Assembly (NCBI GenBank): GCA_009602735.1
Contig: WELA01000805.1
Location: forward strand, 424,264-462,788
Direction: 5' to 3'
DNA: 38,525 bases
Origin: Mesotaenium endlicherianum
Lineage: Eukaryota
The position numbers and the translations under genes were made by a program. Of this stretch, positions 11,462 to 21,653 are shown piece after piece (the stretch's first letter is position 1; every line of letters starts with the position of its first letter). Under the pieces are notes generated by a model that was not told the origin of the DNA, made no database searches, and saw nothing but the letters and a program-made list of their open reading frames with translations.

Positions 11462-12663
11462 AGTCCAGCCGTCATGAGAGCTTCTTTTTCAGCCGGGGAG
11501 AGTCTTGCTTTCACTCCTTGCTGGTTTCTTGCATCATAAGTGTCATTGGAGGGTCTTCCACTCTTCCGGGCAGCCGCGGGGTCCCTTTTAATAACTCCGA
11601 TTTCCATGGGTGTGGGTCCAGATTCGGATGTGGAAGGGGCTGCGTACACCCGCGTCGTCGGTACCCGTGAAGATGAAGGCACGGAGTGCTTGAAATCCAA
11701 GGTATCCACCTTTTGGGCCACTTCAATGATCTTTGAGAAGTCCGTCAAGTCGCGTAACTCCACTTCCTTTGCCACCTTGGGTTTGAGGCCAAAGATGTAG
11801 CGGTCAATCTTCTCCTCGAGAGACATGTTGGGGATCTCAAGAGTGAGGGCGTGAAATCTGGATGTATACTCTTGAACGGACGTCGTTTGCTTGAGATGGT
11901 GGAGCTTTCCTCGGGCAATCTTCTCCGCATTGATGGGCATGAATTGCTTCTTGAGGGCCTCACGAAAATCTGCCCATCTTGCATATGATGGTGGGGGCTC
12001 TTGGCCGAGCATGGGGTGCGCCATAGCTTGATATATAGCCGCTTGATAGTTACGCCACCATGATGTTGCTGCTCCTCTAAGTAAGGTAACGGCAAAGGGA
12101 ACGTAGTCCTCCTCGGGTACTTCAAGGAATGCGAGGTACGTCTCCACTTGGTAGAGCCATAAATTCAGGTTGGCACCTTTCCCGGGGTTGAAAGTGTCGG
12201 GTTTGCCGGGCTTGATGAGTTTCCTTGCTCTCGTTGGCTCTTGTGGAGGCGCTTGAGCCGGGGCTGGATTTTGAGCATTGCTCGCAATAGGGGCAACCAT
12301 GGCAGCCATAGCTTCTCTTGACGCTTGCACGGTTGCTTCATAGGTGGCCAAGCCCACTTGGTTGTGGACGGTCATTAGGAAGGCTGCCCACTCATTTGCG
12401 GGAACTCCTTGTGGTGGGGTCAACTTTGCTATAGCGGCTGCCACGGGATTTGACGGTGCTCCTCCTTGTGGTGCTTCTTGTTGTTGGAGATTTCCTTGAG
12501 TAGGCTCTCCCATCGACGCTGGAGGAGGGTGTGCTCCTCCTTGTGGTGCTTCTTGTTGTTGCAGATTTTCTTGAGTGGGCTCTCCCATCGGCGCTGGAGG
12601 AGGGTGTCTTGGAGAGGAAGGGCTTCCTTCGAAAGCTTGCTGTTGGTCTTGAGGATCGGCCAT
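11383..12663 (-). CDS. gag: Ty3/gypsy Gag (426 aa) with CCHC zinc knuckle
   Basis: ATG ~20 nt after the [68 protein letters not shown]-terminal 75-bp duplication at 12456-12605. Confidence 0.95.
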   Translation of the reverse strand: MADPQDQQQAFEGSPSSPRHPPPAPMGEPTQENLQQQEAPQGGAHPPPASMGEPTQGNLQQQEAPQGGAPSNPVAAAIAKLTPPQGVPANEWAAFLMTVHNQVGLATYEATVQASREAMAAMVAPIASNAQNPAPAQAPPQEPTRARKLIKPGKPDTFNPGKGANLNLWLYQVETYLAFLEVPEEDYVPFAVTLLRGAATSWWRNYQAAIYQAMAHPMLGQEPPPSYARWADFREALKKQFMPINAEKIARGKLHHLKQTTSVQEYTSRFHALTLEIPNMSLEEKIDRYIFGLKPKVAKEVELRDLTDFSKIIEVAQKVDTLDFKHSVPSSSRVPTTRVYAAPSTSESGPTPMEIGVIKRDPAAARKSGRPSNDTYDARNQQGVKARLSPAEKEALMTAGLCFYCKEKGHRALSCPKKLSKNGQRR

Positions 12664-12683
12664 CTTCTTGTGCTACCAAAGTG

Positions 12684-12699
12684 CCTAGCTCCGATACCA
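12684..12699 (-). other. Primer-binding site (initiator tRNA-Met)
   Basis: TGGTATCGGAGCTAGG on the minus strand, 1 nt from the 5' LTR. It differs from the common plant TGGTATCAGAGCCAGG only at wobble-compatible positions. Confidence 0.9.
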
Positions 12700-12700
12700 C

Positions 12701-13203
12701 TGTAGTGAAACAGATAGATAAAGTACTTAGTAAAACAGAATACTTTATCTATTCAAGACAAGGATCTTTGAACACAAGTGGTAGCTTCTTGAAAGAGAGA
12801 TGGCTTCTTGAAAGTTAATATATTTCTGGATTTTGGCAAGTACAAGAGTGATTCTGGAATGTCTTTCTATGTTCTAGCTCTTGTTTATATACTTGCTACA
12901 TAAGTAATTTCTAGGAAGGTGTATGTTGATGTGTTGGCACCCAACACATCCCAAAACTTGCCACCTCTTTCTAGAATAATGTACACATGTCCTTTTGACC
13001 TAAAAATGGCACATCTGACTTTTGCCACATGGAGTTCTTCTAGGTCTTTCCTCTAACTTCGAAAATGCCTTGGAAGGTTCAAAGGACATGAACCAAGTTA
13101 CTAGAGTACCTATTCACACTTGACTCCACACCATACTACTTCAAATATATTTGAAAACATTAAAATATATGCAAACTAATGTATAATAACTCAAATCACT
13201 ACA
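12701..13203 (-). repeat. 5' LTR of the chromovirus
   Basis: 499/503 identical to 6524-7026 (differences at 13015, 13132, 13141, 13181). Confidence 0.97.
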
Positions 13204-13206
13204 TAG

Positions 13207-13977
13207 TCGTTATACCTAGATCCGTGGGTCCCAACTTAAATGAATCTTGCTTACTCAAGAAATATATTTTATTCAAATATATAATATCAGAGATAGGTGG
13301 AAGCGTGTAAAATCAGGGAGCGATCTTCGCCCTTATAATGAATTCCTTTTTACTCATCTATACCCTTTGACCCACTTATCGTAGTGTGCCATAGTTGCAC
13401 ACTAACGCAAGGCACAAGAAAGGGGCTAACTTGAGGACTAGAGCCTCTCCTTTAGAAACTCATGGCCTCTTGCCTACCAGGCATACAAGCATGTATAGCA
13501 CATACACAACCTCAGGGGACTGAATAGCAAAGGCGCTCTCATTCAGATGACCATAATGTAGCTAAAACACATCCCACTGACTTAGGTGCAAAACCATGGA
13601 ATCTGTGCGCTATGTGACCTCGAAATGTCAGAGGGCACAACTCTGTCAATACTACTTTAAATTGAGCAAACTCAATGGCAACGGACGCATCTTAAAAAGA
13701 CCTTTCCAAAAAGTCCTCGTTCGCTCCATTTGGAGCGCAGACGAAGCAGCCATGTCAATTTCTGTGAAAGCTGGTCATAATAACTATTAACGAACCCCAA
13801 AAGTGCACACAACACTTGCCGGTAGAAAATCCGACCCTAAAGCCTACTGTCCAGAATGAGGGACCACGAGATCCCAGCCTGCTATGTACCTAGTGACCAC
13901 CTGGTTGACCTCGGCGCAAGGTGCGCCGTTTCGTGGGAAACCCGTTCAGTTGGGACCCACGGATCTAGGTATAACGA
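13207..13977. mobile_element. Unclassified non-coding element bounded by perfect 30-bp inverted repeats
   Basis: TCGTTATACCTAGATCCGTGGGTCCCAACT (13207-13236) is the exact reverse complement of 13948-13977. The right side continues into the LTR-like end ATTCATTACA (to 13986). No clean TSD. Confidence 0.6.
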
Positions 13978-13987
13978 TTCATTACAT

Positions 13988-14583
13988 TAGCCCTCGCGCA
14001 TGTCTAGGCTTTTTCTTGTCAGTCACCCCGTGGGAATCTAGGTCACCCGAGACTTAATCTGAAAAGGTGATTTTTCTCCTTTGCCTCTAAAACCTTCAAA
14101 CAAACGCTATGACGCCGAGTACATGCCCCAATTAGGTGCAGAAAGAAATGTCGACGACTCCTTTGATGTGTTTCGTTTTTGCATCACGCACTTGAAAGAT
14201 CCTCAAAATTGAATGAGTGGAACGTTTTTTCACTCACAAATTTTAAGCTCCGAACCACTTCAATCTCTTATACCGACACTTATTCTCCCCATGCACCTAC
14301 TTTCGTCCTCGCATAATTCGTTATCCCCTTAGCCGACTCCTTTCGTTCTCGCTTAAATCCTAATTCCCTTGGCCGATGTCCAAATTTTCTAACTCTCCAC
14401 GTGACCAGTGTTTGTCTCGGTTTGTTGCGTGAAAGTTTTGGTTGGAGGTTTTGAAGCTGTTTTGAACAGTTTTGAAGTATAGAAAAAAGTGTCTGTTAGG
14501 GGTGTTTCCGTGCAAAATCGGCTTCTCACGGCGGTACCGACAACTAGGTGTGACATTGTGGGGCAATTCATGCGCGAGGGCTA
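13988..14583. mobile_element. MITE-like non-autonomous DNA transposon (~600 bp)
   Basis: TAGCCCTCGCGCATG (13988-14002) and CATGCGCGAGGGCTA (14569-14583) form a perfect inverted repeat: either 15-bp TIRs, or 13-bp TIRs plus a TA target duplication. No coding capacity seen. Confidence 0.75.
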
Positions 14584-14595
14584 CTTTTGAATAAA

Positions 14596-15521
14596 GGGAT
14601 AATTACATGTTTGCCATCGATTGATGCCGAAAGACCAGACTTACCATCGATCGGCGCAAACTGGACAGACATTTACAAATTCTGCCAATTTGGACAGAAA
14701 TACTACTTTTTTGTCTCCAACCTTTTTTGTTGCTCTCTCACTGCATACTTTGACATTACTTAGTACTGCGAGTGCTGTCGAGCACTTCCAATTTTTCATT
14801 GTATAAGTTGTGCGAGTAGTCTTCACACGCATTTCATCTGACAACCTTTTCTGAACACAAAAGTAGTGCTCAATCTAACTCACCACGATTGATGCCTTTC
14901 GGTCCTTCTTTTGAACCTCCAAGATTTTTGCAAGGTTTACGACTCGTTGCAGAAGTTCGCGCCCCTTCAAATTTGGTATTCTCCGCTCTTGTTTGTAGAT
15001 TCTTCATCAGGGTTTTCGTCTCCCTATATAAGCATGTCAGCCGAACAGCTCACTTATCTACTGGCAATCTTTTTTGTAATCCTTGTACGTCCTTCACCTC
15101 ATAAGTCTAACTGGGCCCATTATAATTGCCTCTTCGTGGATTGAATTTGGTTTTTTCGGCCCTCCTCTCCAGTCAAACTTTCGGGTTCACCTTGTAGCAA
15201 ATGGTATTCCTTCCAAATTTTCTTCTGAGGCCTTAGCAAGATTCTCTCCTCGGAAACAAAAGTTACCTACTTTGAGAGCATTTGAGAGCAAACGACTTCA
15301 CTACCTCCTTCATTCGTATAAGTCTTACACAAGTTTAGTGACAGGACCTAGTGATAAAGAAGAGCCTTCGTTCTCATCGCTAATTATTCGGAGGGGTTCG
15401 AGACAAGAAAGTAGTACTTCTGTGCAAATTGGCAGAATCTGTATACGTCTGTCCAGTTTGTGCAAATCGATGGTGAATCTGGTCTGTCAGCATCGATCGA
15501 TGGTAAATATGTAATTATCCC
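14596..15521. mobile_element. Non-autonomous Mutator-like element (MULE), 926 bp
   Basis: About 125-bp imperfect TIRs starting GGGATAATTACAT (14596-~14720 and ~15397-15521); perfect 9-bp TSD TTGAATAAA at 14587-14595 and 15522-15530. Confidence 0.9.
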
Positions 15522-16543
15522 TTGAATAAATGAAGAGTTGAGGGCTACTTCGCCTCAGAATCGCGTCTTTCAGGGCTAATTCCATATTTGACACGTGGCC
15601 AAAACTTATGGCCGCGGCACCTTTTCACGAGGGCGTTATTGGGGGTGGCGGTCTGGAGCACAAGAAAGCACCTACAAGTTTGTGGTGATTGTGATGCAAA
15701 TAATAAAATGGTGGCCTTAACCTGCATCGCGTGGCATTGAGTGGCATTGAAGCCTCATTGCCGTATTACTGTACCATGCTCGTCAAGTACAGTCAAGGCT
15801 GGTCAAGGCCCAGGCTGGCCCAGATGGCCCACGACTACCAAGGAAAACCCAGGAGTGCACTGCCCACTCCCTGGCCCCCAGGACGGTAAGCTTTTATGAA
15901 TTGTATCATCGCGAGCTTAGGGTTCGCAAATCGGCATGTTTTACCAGATCAACTTGATTAGTGTACAACGTTAGACCTGCGTTAACGGAACATTCGCGAT
16001 TCACCATAGCTTTAATTCTCCTGCATTTATCAAGCGCAGGAGTACTTAAGGCCGGGTACAAGTGATAGGAAGTACAAAGAACACGAGCCATCATGAGCCA
16101 ACACGAGCTGGCCAATATCCACCCGTGTGCAAAGTCTTTTGTCATTTCCCTGTCGCTTGTCCTCTTCTGCTCATTAAGTACACTACTTCGAGCAAGTTGC
16201 AGCTATGATTGGGTTAATGCGGGCTAGTTGAGACCAAGCAAGCGCCCGCTCGCATTTGGCACGACCCAAGCCGAAAGGATGATGAGGCTGGATGCAACTT
16301 GAAAGTGGGTGACTGCTACTGAGCATGCCCGCAAAAAGCCATTCTGCCGCTTGCAAATGGCGTACGCACGTCCCAAGAAGTACATTCTTCGCGCCTGAGT
16401 TCTTTCCTGTGAAGGGCTGTGAGCTTCCACAACTCTCTCGCTGGATCTTTGAAGGTGTTGCAATCCCTAGGTCCACTACAGCCCTTGTTAGACGTGTGGA
16501 CTTAGGCTAGCCTCAAGTAAGTTTTGAGAGATCGTCTCAGAAC

Positions 16544-17812
16544 ATGACTCCGGAACTGGTGTCATCTGCGATAATCGCCGCAGGATCTATCTGTTGCCTC
16601 GGGCCTCTTGTTATAGGCCTTGGTTTAGCCTGCATTGGGAACTCCGATGAGGAACTTGTCGCCACTCAGTACGAAAATGTGAGCTTCTGTTACCTCCAGT
16701 GCATGGTCAATTTTGAGCAAATTCATACTTGTCCAAATGCCTGTGCACTCTGCATGTTGGTGACGCAGTGCATACTTGTCATTGGTGATCGTGCACCTTA
16801 AGTCAGCGCGAGTAATTCTTCCAGACTGACTGGGCTTTACACTGACTTCGGGTGCTGTCAGTATCATTGTTCGCATACAATGTGCAATATTACATGAAAA
16901 TGCGTGGTTTGTGAAAAAAGCATGCTAAGGGCTTGTATAAGGGGGTGCGGTGTCTCAAGGGACATCTCAAGTGACATTGCTTAGTGGCACTAAGAACTTA
17001 ATGATGTGTCAGGTATCAAAAGTATTTTGCTGCTTTCATGGTCAGAACTGCCTGGGGGCTGTCTTCGGCGTGTCGTACTTCGGAGGTGCTTTTAGTCTCT
17101 GTAGATGATTGTCTTCGAGAGAACGCGCCTGGGGACCAATAGAGGCCATTCTTTCTATTTGAAACATAGGCTGAGAAAAGGACGCTCAATACAGGTACGA
17201 TAAGCTGAATGAGCTGAAACATCCAAAGGGCTACTAGGAGAGAGGGGGGGAAAGAAGGGGGGAAAAGGGGTGGGGGGGGGGTGAGATTATGTGTGCACTT
17301 TTACTGTCTTCGACTTTAACGCTCATGCTACTCTCCGGCCAGGGATGTCAGCATGGCCGCCCTTTTCTTACTAGGCCGGGTGCGCTTACTCACACACACA
17401 CACACACGTTTGCCGTGCTGCTGCTATCTTTCAGTGGGACAAGGACCCCCAGGAGAAGCACAGGGACAGCCAGACGTCACAGGTGTCAATGCTGCCGCCG
17501 CTCTCCATGGCCCTCCTGCCGCCGCACCCCGAGAAACTGCCAAGTGGCGGGCCGAAAGAGGACCCCGTCACTACCTCTACCAGCAGCGCGAGGGACGCGT
17601 CGGGCGTGAGCCACCGCTCCTTCTACGTGCCGCCAGCTGACAGCCACCCCCCCCCAACTGGCGCCAGCCCCCGCCCCCCGGCGCTGCGCGCGCTCCTGGA
17701 GGGCCGCAGCTTGGACTCCTCGCGAGGGGGCCTGTTCACACCGCTCATTCTGCGGACGGGCAGTGCCCTGGCCAGCTCAGAGAGCCCCCGCGAGAAGATG
17801 AGCGCTGACTAG
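16544..17812 (+). CDS. Putative orphan protein (~170 aa): N-terminal hydrophobic/TM segment plus Pro/Ser-rich disordered tail
   Basis: Exon 16544-16678 ends at a GTGAGC donor (phase 0). Exon 17435-17812 follows a TCTTTCAG acceptor in the same phase and is GC3-rich like other internal exons here. No recognised family; extra exons are possible. Confidence 0.5.
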
Positions 17813-17886
17813 CGCAGCACCCGGCGCTGACTAGGTCTGCCCCAGCGCTGACTCACTCTGCCCCAGCGCTGGCTCTGCTCTGCCCC
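17801..17886 (+). repeat. Minisatellite, 4 x 21-22 bp (RGCGCTGACT...CTGCCCC), starting across the stop codon of the orphan gene
   Basis: Units at 17801, 17823, 17844 and 17865. Confidence 0.8.
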
Positions 17887-20024
17887 CTTGGCCCCCTTTC
17901 CCCCCGGGTACATCGGGCTCTCCCGACCCCGCAGTGTCCTCCTTGTCGGTGCTGGACTCTGCGAAGCTGCTGGCTGGATGCCAGCTGTGCACCCTGGAAG
18001 CCCGCGCTGGCCCTGCGGGGCCTTCCTTGCTGTGAGAGGGCACTCTGCTCTCCCCCCCACCGACTGCACCAGGCAGGCACGAGGGGAAGACCAAAGGAAA
18101 CAATAACGGACATCAGGAAGGAGGAACAGGAGGTAGGGAGGGATGGAGGGAGGGAGGGAGGGAGGCGGGGGGGAGGAGGAGAGGGGGGACAGAGGCTCCC
18201 CTGAAAACTGGCTTCTGCTACTCTTGACTGGTGTGACTAAGAAGGCCCGGTAGGCGCCTGCCACTAGCTAGCAGGCGTGGAGGACAATGAAGGCTGCTTG
18301 CCAGGCCAGTGACCGGGCCCTCATCAGTGAGCGCTGGAGCAAGCGTCTTCTAAGTCTGCCTCTCTGTTGTCAGAGTCCCGACCTGCAGCCGTGATGTGCT
18401 GCTCATGAAGAAGAGCGCGTCCTGTTTCCAAAAAAAAGGGCTACCTAGTGCTGGTTTTAAGTTAAGCCCCCTGATGTAGGTGTGCAGCAGAGTATATGAC
18501 CGGACGTGCAGTACACTGGCGCGCGCGAGCGTGCCAACTGGCGTTGGTTTCCCACTAATTTAGGCTAAGAAATGAGAGGAGGATCATTTTGTGAATAGAA
18601 TATCAACATAGTACAACTGGCCCTTTACACGGGCCATCCATGGTCCGTGAGGCGCCCTCTCATCATGCGCATGCTTGCAAACAGTGTACATTGGGCAGCT
18701 GGCTAGGTGGCCGGATGCCTTGCAAAAAACAAAGGAAGCCTGGCTTCTCCGTCCTCCGCCTGCACCGATCATCTTTCCTCTGCCTCCCCACCCTGGAAAG
18801 GAAGTCTGCAATGAGCAGGATTGAGGTGGCCAGACATGTCAGTCAGTTTCCGTGAGGAAGGTAGGGGGCCCCCAAGTACCTCCAGATGGCGTGTCAGATC
18901 TGGACGCGCACTAGCTTTGGCAGCCGTATATAGTACACGCACACTACAGAGTAAAATGTAACTCTGAGATGAGCTGGTGGAAAACATTCCCTCAGTTCAG
19001 TCGATCAAGTAGCATTCTGCTCTATTCTGCGTGTCCTCCCATTCATTTGTCCTTTGAAAGAGCAACTACAGTTAGTGCCTTCTCTGCAGCATTAACCAAA
19101 GTTTGGAAGCTTGATTTGAAGTTTCTCAAATTAGCCAACTTTCTGGTGTCTGTATGAAGGTGAGCTCTGTAATATGATTGTAAGTTTGTAACACAAGTGT
19201 GGACTTTGTAGTGTAGACTTTGATCAGCTTCTAACAGCTACCATTCTGATGCCACTGGTGGCAATGAGCTCACGTTGTCCAACACCTCACGGAGTTCATC
19301 AACGCTAGCCCTGCAGCTTGAGAGCATGTCAGATTATTTTTTTGCAGCTTTCTAAGCACTCGCTATCCTTGCTTCTCACTTCAACCACATCCTAACTGCT
19401 GGCAAGTAGAACCCCGTCACCCTAGTGCGCGCGCATATGCGCTTGACTAGCTATCAGGTCTTTCACAGGTCAGACCACTGCTCACAGGAGACTGCTACCT
19501 GCCTCTGTTGGCAGCATACCACCAACGCAGACACGCATATAAGAAGTCAAATTGCAAAGCAAAGGTGACTATGACCAGGCAATACGATTTCACATGGAGT
19601 CTGAGGATGTGTGCAGAACCTTGTAGGGAAGGTGGAGGGACGGGCGTTTGAAGTATCACGAAGAATTTGGACTCCAAAACCTCATTTAATCATTCCCATG
19701 ACTAGAAAAGGGGTAATAGTATGCGCACAATCTCCTGCAAAAGTCCTTGACGACCGCTGCTAACTGAATTTCTTATGTAGGCCTCCAACAACAGTGTTTC
19801 TAAGGTGAGCCTGCGGGGCAGGCACGAAGAAAGGAACAGCAAGCGGACAACCTATCTCTATCTTTGTAGAAGGTACAGCTTCCTTCGGAGAATATTAGGA
19901 ACAAACCATATCTCCGCGCTGTCAGAGCAGCCAAGCGCTGATGCTGCACTGTAAAGCTTCGTACGGGCCAGACCCAAGGGGGCGATTTGACACCACTCCG
20001 CGAGAAAGCATCATACTGAAAATT

Positions 20025-21562
20025 TCAACCATGGAAACATTCCACATGGTACGCGGCAGCATGCTGACCCCCCTGTGCCTCGCTGCTGCCCTCCTCAGGC
20101 CGCTTGTCGCCACGAAGAGAGCCCGAGACTTCAAACAGCCGCACGGTAGGAGGGAGAAGGCTCCGCGACGAGGACTCCATGGCCAGGACCTTGCGGCATT
20201 TCCTGCACGACGCACGCACACGCGCACGCACAAGCATTTGAGCGAAGTTGGACTTTAGAGTCCGCTCTTCGCGGCACCCAACCTCTACCGTAAATATGCC
20301 TCGCTCGCTACCTATGGTGCCGCCCGTGCACCTGTGCGGCTCGCCAGATAGCTCCTGCGCGATCTTGGCCCCCTACAAAAACGGGCGTAAAGTTTGTCTG
20401 CAGACTGTGCACAGGAATCGCAAGCTCGTCGCGAATAAGAGGTGGCGCTAACAAGAGGCGGGAAACAAGCTGGACTGCTCCTGATGATCTCTTGGCGCTT
20501 CATGAGCGTGCTGGGGGGTGGGGAGTGGGTAGGCTTTCAGGTTCCAGAAAGACGCGTCGGGTTGCTGGTTGCAGTAAGACGGTTTCAGTCAAGGGGCAGA
20601 TGTGACTTTCAAAAGGCGTGCTCACGCATGGGCGCGCGTGCCTGCACGGGCACTTGTGCAAAAGCACGTGCAGGGTGCGGACGCACCGATGCATAGATTA
20701 TTGTGGTGGAGGTGCCTTGCCTTGCACATGAGCTGGGGCTTCACATGGACGTGTGTCGCTGGGCATGAGTGTGCGGGTGCTTCTGGCTTGATTGAGAGTC
20801 GAGAGCGACATTGCTCACATGCAAAGACGTTCTGTGCATCAGAAAAGCCGCTCTGCTGCCATGGTGCTGGATAGTGTTGACAAATGGGGAAAAAGACACA
20901 TGATCGTGCACACATAACAGAGACACACACACACACGCACGCACACACACAGAGACACACACAGGCATACACACATATGTTCACATAGATACTTTCTTAT
21001 GAAGAGCACATGTTTAGAGTGTGTATGCATGTTGTCAATCGGACAGGCAGCGGGAGTGAGTGAGAACAGTGCGATACCTGCAGGGTTGCGTGAACAGGTC
21101 CTGGTAGCTGCTCAACCACACCTGCGCAGCACCAGCATGCCCCTCGGCTGTCAATCCTGCACTGCCGTCTAAACATCATAAAAATCAGGAAGGCCGCACA
21201 AGCCCGCACTCACGCGCACACCGGTATAGGAGACCCACAGCACATATGCAGGCAATGTGCAAGCATGAACAAGCGCCTGCACGCGCATGCGTGTATGCCT
21301 GTCTCTGCGCGCGCGCACGTGCATGTGAGTGTGTGGCTGTGTGTATGTGAGTGCGTGTGAGTGTGGTTGATGGCGTGCGTGTGTTTTACAAAGGGGGGCT
21401 CAATCTTATTGAGAGAATGTGCAGAGGGACCAACGTGCAGGTGAAACACCAATGCTCTACAACTGAAGGATCAGCCCTATGCTTCCACCATGTACTGCTG
21501 GTGAATTCTGCACAATATCCTGCAAGCAGACTCCCTCTTCAAGAAAAGCACGCCACCACACG

Positions 21563-21653
<91 letters not shown>

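Larger units (their letters stand above)
6524..13203 (-). mobile_element. Intact, recently inserted Ty3/gypsy chromovirus LTR retrotransposon (6680 bp)
   Basis: Two 503-bp TG..CA LTRs differing at 4 positions; 5-bp TSD TAGTC (6519-6523 and 13204-13208); iMet PBS; PPT; uninterrupted gag and pol with PR-RT-RH-IN-chromodomain order. Confidence 0.97.

Noticed and set aside
7922..11800. Short plus-strand ORFs overlapping pol and gag
   Set aside because: Antisense by-products with no recognisable motifs.
5993..13986. One solo LTR from TGTAATGAA to TTCATTACA interrupted by the chromovirus
   Set aside because: Flanks GATGC and TTAGC are not a TSD, and the internal 30-bp inverted repeat suggests a separate unit; unresolved.
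18990..19810. Protein-like minus-strand stretches (LTLETLLLEAYIRN.., ASVDELREVLDN..)
   Set aside because: Stop density is about that of random sequence, with no coherent exon chain or family motif; might be a very old relic.
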